Below are positions 17,854 through 26,302 of a stretch of 64,000 nt of DNA, piece by piece (position 1 is the first letter of the stretch; every line of letters begins with the position of its first letter). The translations under genes and the position numbers were made by a program. Where the stretch lies: contig CANQHQ010000002.1 of the NCBI GenBank assembly GCA_947623825.1, positions 10,124 to 74,123 of the forward strand. Direction: 5' to 3'. The notes under the pieces were generated by a model. It had not been told where the DNA came from, made no database searches, and was given only the letters and a program-made list of their open reading frames with translations. The DNA is from an uncultured Bacilli bacterium. Its GTDB lineage: Bacteria; Bacillota_I; Bacilli_A; RF39; UBA660.

Positions 17854-19704
17854 ATGTTTGAGAAAATCACATTTATTTCTGATAGTGGGGCTAATATTAA
17901 GATACGTGAAGGTGGAGAAGTGGTCGAAGACTTAATGAATCTCCATGTATTGTTTGAAGATTCAGATAAAAAGGTCGTTGCGGAAATTGAAAATATTAAT
18001 GATGGGATTGTCGGAACGAAATTTTTAGGTGAGATTGCTAATGGAAAGTTTGTGACCGGTATTATTCGAAAACCAGGACTCAATTCTACAGTACGGATTA
18101 TTACGCGAGAAGAGTTTGCGATGCTTGTGACACAAGATAGTGAAGAAGCTATTTTACTTGGGTATAGTCCTTTGTATAATAATTATCCTATTCGGGTAAA
18201 TGTCAACGATTTATTTAGTAACCACTTAGCGATTTTTGGAAATACCGGTAGTGGAAAAAGTTGTGGCGTTGCTAGTATTCTACAAAATTTATTTAATTGT
18301 CCAGGTTTTTTACCTTATAATGCCAACTTTATTATTTTTGATTCTACTGGTGAATATAAAAATGCTTTTTCTAAGATTAATACAGTCGATCCCAATTATC
18401 GGTATAACCTTTATTCTACTTCCGATGAAATCACGGATAAGGCTGAAAAACTACGTATTCCTTTATGGCTTTTGACGGTAGATGATTTTGCTTTGCTTTT
18501 ATCCGCCACTTCTCATACGCAAATTCCGATTATTGAACGAATGATTCAATTAGTGAATATTTTTCAATCTCCGGATATCAATGTGGAGGCTTTTAAAGAC
18601 CATTTGATTGCCAAAGCGATTATGAGTATTCTTTATTCCAACGAAACTTCCGCTAAAAAGAGGGATGATATTTTTTCTATTCTTATTTCTTGTTCGACCC
18701 ATAACTTTAGTTTAGAGTCAGAAATTATGGGAGTTGGATATAGTCGGAAATTCCGTGAATGCTTTGTCATCGATTCCTTAGGACAGTTTGCTGAAAGTGT
18801 GTTAATTACGAAGTATGTGGCTGATTTTATTAATGAAGATTTTGACGATTTGGTTATTACGAAGACAAATTATTTTACACTTGAAGATTTGGAAGTTGCG
18901 TTGAACTTTACATTAATTAGTGAGGGTTGGCTAAAGAATGAGAAAACTTATGGAGACGCTGTAACATTAAAAGTACGCTTACATACGTTGATTATTGGTG
19001 GATACTCTCGTTTCTTCAAACTCGATCGTTTTATTGACAAAAGAACGTATTTACATGACTTGTTATTTGACAATAATGGACGTAAATACCAAGTTATTAA
19101 CTTCAATTTGGAAGATGTCGATGATAATTTTGCGAAAGTACTGGCTAAGATTTTTTCTCGTATCGTATTTGATTTCGCTAAGAAATTGGAACAGAGGGCT
19201 TCCGTTCCGTTTAATATTATTTTGGAAGAAGCCCATCGATATATTCAAAATGATAATGACCAATTCCTCTTAGGATATAATATTTTTGATCGAATTTCTA
19301 AGGAAGGTCGTAAATATGGAGTCATGTTGACCTTAATTTCTCAAAGACCGGTAGAAATTAGTGATACGGTGATTTCTCAATGTAGTAATTTCTTAATTTT
19401 TAAAATGAATCACCCACGAGATGTGGATTATATTAAAAAGATGGTTCCCAATATTAATTCGGAAATTGTCGATAAACAAAAAGTGTTACAAGTAGGGCAC
19501 TGTGTCGGATTTGGACAAGCCTTTAAGGTTCCAACTATTATTCGGATGCAGTTACCGAATCCTTTACCACAAAGTACCAATGCCGATGTTTATGCTCGTT
19601 GGACCTATCGGCATAAACAGCAGGAAGAGGAACATCCTGGACAAAATCCTCTTCCTAATTTAAATATGCGTCCAGAAAATGCGGATTTAGCCAATCATTC
19701 TTAA
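17854..19704 (+). CDS. HerA/FtsK-superfamily P-loop ATPase (DUF87-like) of 616 aa, with an N-terminal HAS-barrel-like domain.
   Basis: Walker A IFGNTGSGKSCGV, Walker B-like ILEEAHRY and LISQRP...ISQCSNFLIFK, which corresponds to the HerA TQRP/arginine-finger region. RBS GGGGAAGG. Confidence 0.8.
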   Translation: MFEKITFISDSGANIKIREGGEVVEDLMNLHVLFEDSDKKVVAEIENINDGIVGTKFLGEIANGKFVTGIIRKPGLNSTVRIITREEFAMLVTQDSEEAILLGYSPLYNNYPIRVNVNDLFSNHLAIFGNTGSGKSCGVASILQNLFNCPGFLPYNANFIIFDSTGEYKNAFSKINTVDPNYRYNLYSTSDEITDKAEKLRIPLWLLTVDDFALLLSATSHTQIPIIERMIQLVNIFQSPDINVEAFKDHLIAKAIMSILYSNETSAKKRDDIFSILISCSTHNFSLESEIMGVGYSRKFRECFVIDSLGQFAESVLITKYVADFINEDFDDLVITKTNYFTLEDLEVALNFTLISEGWLKNEKTYGDAVTLKVRLHTLIIGGYSRFFKLDRFIDKRTYLHDLLFDNNGRKYQVINFNLEDVDDNFAKVLAKIFSRIVFDFAKKLEQRASVPFNIILEEAHRYIQNDNDQFLLGYNIFDRISKEGRKYGVMLTLISQRPVEISDTVISQCSNFLIFKMNHPRDVDYIKKMVPNINSEIVDKQKVLQVGHCVGFGQAFKVPTIIRMQLPNPLPQSTNADVYARWTYRHKQQEEEHPGQNPLPNLNMRPENADLANHS

Positions 19705-19719
19705 AGGAAGTGTATTGTT

Positions 19720-21474
19720 ATGTTTAGTAAGATTTTATATATTGGAGAACATGATGCTCAAATTCAATTGAAGGAAGATGCTTCTCTTGAAACCGATATC
19801 ATGAATATGCCACTTATTTTACAAGATAATGAAAAAACGATTTTGGCAGAAGTAAAGGATTTGTTGGATGGTTCTGTAAAAGTGAAACTTCTAGGAGAAA
19901 TCGAAGATGGAAAATTTGTCGGGGGAGTTCTTCGAAAACCAAGTTTAAATGCGGCTATTCGTCCTTTATCTGTCGAAGAGTTGACGTTGATTGTAGGAAC
20001 ACCGGCTTTTGGCTTTATGGAACTTGGAACGAGTCCGTTTTACTCTAATAAAAAAGTTTATGCGGATATGAATGAACTCTTTAGTTCTCATATGTGTATT
20101 TTTGGAAATACTGGTAGTGGAAAAAGTTGTGGAGTGGCTCGATTGATTCAAAATATTTTTTATAATCCACAATTTGTTCCCTATCGTTCGAATTTTTTGA
20201 TTTTTGATTCTTCGGGAGAGTACTATACGGCTTTTTCTAAAATGAATGAAATTAATCCGAATTATCATTATCGTTTTTTAACGACCAATGTAAATAGTAC
20301 CCATGAAGGGGAAATTCTTAATATTCCGATTTGGTTATTGAATGTCGAAGATATTGCCCTTTTGTTATCCGCTAAAACACATACGCAGTTATCTATCATT
20401 GAAAAAATGATGAAATTGGTGAAAATCTTTTCTCAATCTAGTTCGGATGCGACACAGTATAAAAATCATTTGATTGCGACGGCCATTATGACAATTATGT
20501 ATTCGAATCAAGGTTCTGCGAGTAAGAGAGATGAAATCTTTTCCATTTTGAATACTTGTCCTACGAATGAGTTTAATCTCAATGCCCCTGTGCAAGGAAT
20601 TGGGTATACGAGAAGATTACAGGAGTGCTTTTTAATTGATTCTTCTGATCAGTTTTCGGAACGTGTTTTATTAACAGAATATGTGAATCAATATATTGAT
20701 CCGGATTTAAATCAATATGAACCAAAAGAAGTTCAGTATTTCACTTTGGAAGATATGGAAAAAGCATTGAACTTTGCCTTGATTAGTGAAGGATGGTTAC
20801 GAAACGAAAATGTTTATGCTGATGCTGTATCTTTAAAGGTAAAATTACATGAACTTGTCATTGGTTCTTATGCAAAATATTTTAATTATAAACAATTTAT
20901 TTCTCTCGAACAGTACCTTAGCGGGTTGGTGATTCGGGATGGAAAGAAATATCAGATTGTAAATATTAATTTAGAGGATGTCGATGATGGGTTTGCGAAG
21001 TCGATTGTTAAGATTTTTACAAGATTGATTTTTGAAGTTTCTAGAAAGGTACAGAGGGGGAGTTTTCCATTTAATATTCTGTTAGAGGAAGCCCATCGTT
21101 ATGTTCAAAAAGATCAGGATGACTTCTTGTTCGGTTACAATATTTTTGATCGAGTTGCGAAAGAGGGAAGAAAGTATGGAGTCATTATGTCACTTATTTC
21201 TCAGAGACCAGTTGATTTAAGTGAAACGGTGATTTCTCAATGTAGTAATTTCTTTATTTTTAAGATGAGTCACCCTAGAGATATTGAGTATATTACGAAA
21301 ATGATTCCGAATATTACGGAAGATACGATTGAAAAGCAGAAATCTCTTCAAGTTGGAAATTGTCTTGCTTTTGGAGGTGCTTTTAAGATTCCTATTATTG
21401 TCAAATTGGATATGCCAAATCCGATGCCACAAAGTAGTAGTTGTAATGTTGTTGTTACTTGGACCAGTCATTAG
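19720..21474 (+). CDS. Second HerA/FtsK-superfamily P-loop ATPase of 584 aa, a tandem paralog of the previous gene.
   Basis: Walker A IFGNTGSGKSCGV, LLEEAHRY and LISQRP..SETVISQCSNFFIFK. Roughly 50% identical to the upstream gene over its full length. Confidence 0.8.
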   Translation: MFSKILYIGEHDAQIQLKEDASLETDIMNMPLILQDNEKTILAEVKDLLDGSVKVKLLGEIEDGKFVGGVLRKPSLNAAIRPLSVEELTLIVGTPAFGFMELGTSPFYSNKKVYADMNELFSSHMCIFGNTGSGKSCGVARLIQNIFYNPQFVPYRSNFLIFDSSGEYYTAFSKMNEINPNYHYRFLTTNVNSTHEGEILNIPIWLLNVEDIALLLSAKTHTQLSIIEKMMKLVKIFSQSSSDATQYKNHLIATAIMTIMYSNQGSASKRDEIFSILNTCPTNEFNLNAPVQGIGYTRRLQECFLIDSSDQFSERVLLTEYVNQYIDPDLNQYEPKEVQYFTLEDMEKALNFALISEGWLRNENVYADAVSLKVKLHELVIGSYAKYFNYKQFISLEQYLSGLVIRDGKKYQIVNINLEDVDDGFAKSIVKIFTRLIFEVSRKVQRGSFPFNILLEEAHRYVQKDQDDFLFGYNIFDRVAKEGRKYGVIMSLISQRPVDLSETVISQCSNFFIFKMSHPRDIEYITKMIPNITEDTIEKQKSLQVGNCLAFGGAFKIPIIVKLDMPNPMPQSSSCNVVVTWTSH

Positions 21475-21477
21475 GAG

Positions 21478-22995
21478 GTGTTTAGAATGGGAAAGATTTC
21501 TTCTACCATTTTATTGGTTTCTGGGTTATTTTTCATTATTGTGATTGCTTCTCTTTGGAAAATTTATAAGAAGGCTGAAAAACCTGGATGGGGTTCGTTG
21601 ATTCCTTTTTATAATTACTATTTATTATGTGATATTGTTTATCATAAAAAGATATTATTTCTTTTATTGTTTGTTCCTATTGTTGGTGAAATTTTTATGA
21701 TTGTTTTAATGTATCGTTTGGCTATGGCTTTTGGAAAAGGAACGGGGTTCGGTTTAGGAATTCTTTTCTTGCCATTTATTTTCCTTCCTATTTTGGCTTT
21801 TGGAAATGCCGAATATCAATTTAGAACGATTCAACATGTTTCGGTTGGAACGACTGTTCAGCCTGAGGGTTCTACTTCTGATTCTTCGGCTCCAGCGGAA
21901 GAAAAAAAGATAGATATTCCAGAAAATCCGATGTTAGATTCGCTTCTTCGACCGGTTCATGCACCACAGGTAGCAGAAGAACCAAAGCCAGTGGAGGGAA
22001 TGACGAATCCGCTTCCTTCGCAAAAGAGTACGGCGAGTATGATGGATGCGATTGCTTCAGTTGGATTTATTCCTTCAGAGACTCCTACCAGTCCTTCTCC
22101 TACGGCAGCTCCAGAAACTCCTGAATCTCAGATTTCTGAACCTCCCGTTTCTACTTTGGATTCTAATCCGGTGGTATCTTCGACTCCGAATGTTTCCAAT
22201 CCAGAACCTGTGGTAGGGGCTCCTGTAACGGAAAATTTGATGAATTCATCGGTAGGTTCTGTTCCTCTTCAAACTTCAACGATGGAAAATTCTGGAAATG
22301 GGAATGCGTCTTTTGATTTTATTTCTCCTCTTCCATCTACACCAGAGGCTTCGCCTTTTCAGATCCCTGAGATGACGCCAGTGGTTCCGCAAGTAGAACC
22401 TGTTTCTCCTGTTGCTGTCGTTCAGCAAGAAGAGAATTCTATGCCATCTCCTTCTATGGGAACAGAAAATGTGACTCTTGTTCCGCCTGTAGTGGCTCCT
22501 TCCGTTGTAGAGACCCCAGTGGTTGCAAGTCCGGAAGTAGCACCTGTTCCGGTTCCGCCTGTAGTGAATCTTTCTCCAGTTGTGGAAACTCCAGCGGTTG
22601 CAGCCCCAGAAGTGACTCCTGTTCCAGTTTCACCTGTAGCGACTCCTTCTCCAGTTGTGGAAACTCCAGCGGTTGCAGCCCCAGAAGCGGCGCCTGTTCC
22701 AGTTTCACCTGCAGTGACTCCTTCCGTTGTAGAGACTCCAGTAGTTGCGAGTCCAGAAGTAGCACCTGTACCGGTTCCACCTGTAGTGAATCCGTCCCCA
22801 GTTGTAGAAACTCCAGTTGTTGCAACTCCAGAAGTGGCACCTGTTCCGGTTCCACCTGTAGTGAATCCGTCTCCGGTTGTGGAAACTCCGGTGGTTGCGA
22901 GTCCAGAAGTGGCACCCGTTCCGGTTCCACCTGTGGTGAGTCCTTCTCCGGTTGCAGAAACTCCGGTGGTTGCAAGCCCAGAAAATCCGAACTAG
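21478..22995 (+). CDS. Membrane protein with a DUF5684-like N-terminal TM domain (KAEKPGWGSLIPFYNYYLL) and a long Pro/Val/Ala/Thr-rich low-complexity tail made of tandem repeats.
   Basis: Starts 4 nt after the upstream stop. Three or four TM helices in the first 115 aa, then about 390 aa of low-complexity sequence. Confidence 0.75.
   Translation: MFRMGKISSTILLVSGLFFIIVIASLWKIYKKAEKPGWGSLIPFYNYYLLCDIVYHKKILFLLLFVPIVGEIFMIVLMYRLAMAFGKGTGFGLGILFLPFIFLPILAFGNAEYQFRTIQHVSVGTTVQPEGSTSDSSAPAEEKKIDIPENPMLDSLLRPVHAPQVAEEPKPVEGMTNPLPSQKSTASMMDAIASVGFIPSETPTSPSPTAAPETPESQISEPPVSTLDSNPVVSSTPNVSNPEPVVGAPVTENLMNSSVGSVPLQTSTMENSGNGNASFDFISPLPSTPEASPFQIPEMTPVVPQVEPVSPVAVVQQEENSMPSPSMGTENVTLVPPVVAPSVVETPVVASPEVAPVPVPPVVNLSPVVETPAVAAPEVTPVPVSPVATPSPVVETPAVAAPEAAPVPVSPAVTPSVVETPVVASPEVAPVPVPPVVNPSPVVETPVVATPEVAPVPVPPVVNPSPVVETPVVASPEVAPVPVPPVVSPSPVAETPVVASPENPN
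22490..22980 (+). repeat. Tandem coding repeat of about 72 bp (unit PVVETPVVASPEVAPVPVPPVVNxS), roughly 6.5 copies.
   Basis: Near-identical 72/75-bp units are directly visible. Confidence 0.85.
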
Positions 22996-23075
22996 TAGAA
23001 GTGGTTTCACTTCTTTTTTCTTTGATAAATTTTCAGACTATAGTATAATACTAGTTGATACAAGGAGGGATAAAC

Positions 23076-24383
23076 ATGTTTGAAAGCCTAGGAGATCGAT
23101 TGCAGAGTGTAATGCATAAAATCAAAGGTTATGGAAAAATTACAGAAGAAAATATCAGTGATATGATGAAAGAAATTCGCCTTGCCTTATTGGAAGCGGA
23201 TGTGAATTATAAAGTAGTAAAAGAATTTACGAATGCAGTGAAAGAAAAAGCCTTAGGAGAAGAAGTTCAGAAAAGCATTCAACCGGGAGAATTATTTGTT
23301 AAAATCGTTAAGGACGAATTGACAGAATTATTAGGTGGGGAAAGTAAACCTCTCAATCTTTCAGGAAATCCTGCGATTTTGATGTTAGTAGGGTTACAGG
23401 GTTCTGGTAAGACGACGACCATTGGGAAATTGTCCAATTATCTTCAAAAAAAATGTGCGAAAAAGCCATTGATGGTTGCTTGTGATGTTTATCGTCCTGC
23501 CGCTATTGACCAATTAAAACAACTCGGAAAGCAATTAGGAATCGAAGTCTATGAAGAAGGAAAAAAAGATCCTGTAGAAATTTCTAAGAATGCGATTCAG
23601 TATGCGAAGGAACATCACTATGATTATGTTTTAATCGATACAGCTGGACGACTTCATATCGATGTTGAATTGATGCAGGAACTAAAAGATATTACAGAAA
23701 ATGTTCATCCACAGGAAACGTTACTTGTCATTGATTCGATGATGGGGCAAGATGCGATTCATGTGATTGAAGGATTCCATGAGTCCCTTTCTCTTACGGG
23801 AGTTATTTTGACAAAGTTGGATGGGGATACGCGTGGTGGTGTCGCTTTGTCCGTGCGTCATTTAACGAATGTTCCTATTAAGTTTGTTGGTACGAGTGAA
23901 AAATTAGATGGATTAGATTCTTTTGATCCAGAGCGGATGGCTGGAAGAATTCTTGGTATGGGAGATATTGTTTCCTTGGTAGAGAAGGCTACGGAGGCTA
24001 TCGATGAGAAAGAAGCCATGGATGCCGCTAAAAAGATGCAGTCAGGAAAATATGATTTGGAAGACTTTTTGAAACAGATGAAACAAATTCGAAAATTAGG
24101 ACCTCTTGAAAATCTTTTAAAATTATTGCCAGGTGCTAAGAAAATGAATTTAGATCAAGTAAAAATTGATCCGAAACAAATGGCTCATGTCGAAGCGATT
24201 GTTCTTTCTATGACTCCAAAAGAGAGACGGAATCCGGAAATCATTAAGGCTAGTCGTAAAACGAGAATTGCCAAGGGTTGTGGACGTTCTGTCCAAGAAG
24301 TAAATCAATTACTTTCTCAGTTTGAACAAATGAAAAAAATGATGAAGCAGATGATGAGTGGTAATATGAAATTACCATTTTAA
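23076..24383 (+). CDS. ffh: Signal recognition particle protein Ffh.
   Basis: Starts MFESLGDRLQ. GTPase motifs LVGLQGSGKTTT and DTAGR. Met-rich M domain (MKKMMKQMM). RBS AGGAGGG 8 nt upstream. Confidence 0.9.
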   Translation: MFESLGDRLQSVMHKIKGYGKITEENISDMMKEIRLALLEADVNYKVVKEFTNAVKEKALGEEVQKSIQPGELFVKIVKDELTELLGGESKPLNLSGNPAILMLVGLQGSGKTTTIGKLSNYLQKKCAKKPLMVACDVYRPAAIDQLKQLGKQLGIEVYEEGKKDPVEISKNAIQYAKEHHYDYVLIDTAGRLHIDVELMQELKDITENVHPQETLLVIDSMMGQDAIHVIEGFHESLSLTGVILTKLDGDTRGGVALSVRHLTNVPIKFVGTSEKLDGLDSFDPERMAGRILGMGDIVSLVEKATEAIDEKEAMDAAKKMQSGKYDLEDFLKQMKQIRKLGPLENLLKLLPGAKKMNLDQVKIDPKQMAHVEAIVLSMTPKERRNPEIIKASRKTRIAKGCGRSVQEVNQLLSQFEQMKKMMKQMMSGNMKLPF

Positions 24384-24488
24384 GACATGTCACTAAAAAA
24401 TTTAGGAAGAAAAAACAGATTTCTAGGCGAAGAAATTAGTATACTTTTTCTTATCTGAATATGATAAAGCAGATAGGAGGAATAAAAA

Positions 24489-24707
24489 ATGTTTAGAAAT
24501 GGTTGTTACGATCGTCAGAATGAAATGAATAACACCTTCAATATGAATGGAGATAACATGTCTGTCGATGTCGATGTTTCTATGAACAATAATGAAATGG
24601 CAGGTGCTGCTCCTATGCCAATGGGAACAGTTCAAGGACCTGTTATGGAACCTATGAGAGAAAGACAGGTACATCGTACGATTATGCATGAAGTACAACA
24701 AGTGTGA
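24489..24707 (+). CDS. Small Met/Asn-rich hypothetical protein of 72 aa.
   Basis: Strong RBS AGGAGG 8 nt upstream. Composition-biased sequence with no recognisable motif. Confidence 0.45.
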   Translation: MFRNGCYDRQNEMNNTFNMNGDNMSVDVDVSMNNNEMAGAAPMPMGTVQGPVMEPMRERQVHRTIMHEVQQV

Positions 24708-24919
24708 TAATTTATGATAGACTAAAATTTGAAGATGGATAAGTACAGACTAAAGATATTTTGGTAATCAATGTTAATTTGAAAGGATAATCTATGTGAG
24801 TAATAAATATGAATTTTTTATAGCCGGTAGAGTTAGGAATAAAGAAAATATTTTCAAATGAAACAGAATTAGAAGAGTTTTTAAAAGAGTATAATAAATA
24901 GAATAATAAAAGTTAGAAA

Positions 24920-25684
24920 GTGGGTGAATTTATGAGTATAAATAAAATAAAAAATGAATTAATTAAACAAAAACAATCTAAATTCAAGGGTAATATATAC
25001 CATTATTCACAAGTTAATTTTGCTTATAATTCAAATAAAATCGAAGGTAGTAGATTAACTAGTGAACAGACTGAGGCAATATTTGATACATCTTCTTTTA
25101 TTCCTAAAAGTAATGATTTAATTAAATTAGATGATTTAACTGAATCTAAAAATCATTTTAAACTATTTGATTATATGTTAGATAATGTAGATGAACTCTT
25201 AACTAAAGATATGATAATTGAAATGGATAAGATATTAAAACGAAATACTAGTGATGAAGAAAATCCTAGATATAATGTTGGTGGATTTAAAGTTGTTCCT
25301 AACATTATAGGTGTTGTTAATGTTATTAATACTACTGCACCAGATGATGTTGAAAAAGAAATAGAAAAATTATTAAAGGAATATAATTCTAAAAGCAGTA
25401 TTACTCTAGAAGATATAGTTGATTTTCATTTTAGATTTGAAAGAATTCATCCTTTTGGAGATGGAAATGGGCGTGTAGGCAGAATCATAATGTTTAAAGA
25501 ATGTTTAAAAAATAACATTATGCCATTTATTGTATTTGATGATGATAAACCCTATTACATGAGAGGTTTAAAAGAATATGAGCAGGATAAAATGTTTTTA
25601 ATTGATACTATAAAACATGAACAAGATTTGTTTGAAAAAACTTGTGAAGAACTATTAAATTTTGAAATAGAAGAAAATAAGTAG
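24920..25684 (+). CDS. Fic-family protein, a putative AMPylase/adenylyltransferase.
   Basis: Canonical Fic core motif HPFGDGNGRVGR (HxFx[DE]GNGRxxR) near the C-terminus. Confidence 0.75.
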   Translation: MGEFMSINKIKNELIKQKQSKFKGNIYHYSQVNFAYNSNKIEGSRLTSEQTEAIFDTSSFIPKSNDLIKLDDLTESKNHFKLFDYMLDNVDELLTKDMIIEMDKILKRNTSDEENPRYNVGGFKVVPNIIGVVNVINTTAPDDVEKEIEKLLKEYNSKSSITLEDIVDFHFRFERIHPFGDGNGRVGRIIMFKECLKNNIMPFIVFDDDKPYYMRGLKEYEQDKMFLIDTIKHEQDLFEKTCEELLNFEIEENK

Positions 25685-25691
25685 AAAAATT

Positions 25692-25742
25692 ATCATCCTA
25701 TAAATTGAAATTAAAATTTTAATATAGGATGATTTTTATTTT
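25692..25742 (+). terminator. Rho-independent terminator after the Fic gene.
   Basis: Perfect 11-bp inverted repeat ATCATCCTATA / TATAGGATGAT with a 20-nt loop, followed by TTTTATTTT. Confidence 0.55.
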
Positions 25743-25800
25743 ATTAAAATTGTAGTATTTCTTATGTTACTTCTTAATATCAATCTAGAAATTAGGATGA

Positions 25801-25872
25801 ATTTCGTAAGTACGAAATAAGAATGGTGTATACACGTGCCCTTATTATATAAGAAGAACGTGGATACACCAT
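25801..25872. repeat. Two adjacent palindromic elements: the perfect palindrome ATTTCGTAagTACGAAAT, and the imperfect inverted repeat ATGGTGTATACACG ... CGTGGATACACCAT.
   Basis: Directly visible between the Fic gene and the recombinase gene. Candidate recombinase or regulator binding sites. Confidence 0.5.
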
Positions 25873-26302
25873 CTTCTTATCCTGCTCTTTTATAAATTAA
25901 TATATATTAAGGATTTATAGGATACTAGATGAATTTTTCTATAGTTTAAGACTCGACTCTTTTTCTTAGTAGAGGTAATATGCATCACGAAAAGGATGAT
26001 ATTTATGATATATGAAAGTAAAGTGAATGTTTATAAGTAGTACTAAATTCATGTTTAATTTGATTCTTATACAATTTAGTATTACTAAAATCGATGATTT
26101 ATCCATAAGTTTAAGTGAGGTGCTTAAAATATATGGATAAGTACAAAATTAATTATATTTTCAGTGTAGAAAAGGATATTAATGATATTTTTATAAAAGT
26201 TTTAAATAAAGAACTAAAAAAATATATTTTAATGATTTGTAAAAATAAAAAATACGAGGTACCATCATCATGTACTTACTCATCTCTAGAAGGAGGTAGA
26301 AA

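Noticed and set aside
22490-22980. Regular about 72-bp repeats that could be mistaken for a CRISPR array.
   Set aside because: The repeats are contiguous with no unique spacers, lie in-frame within a long ORF, and encode Pro-rich peptide units. It is a coding VNTR, not CRISPR.
22454-23010. Antisense ORFs of 173 and 101 aa across the 72-bp repeat array.
   Set aside because: They are artefacts of the repetitive GC-richer repeat, which lacks stop codons on the opposite strand. The sense ORF has the RBS, the operon context and a membrane domain.
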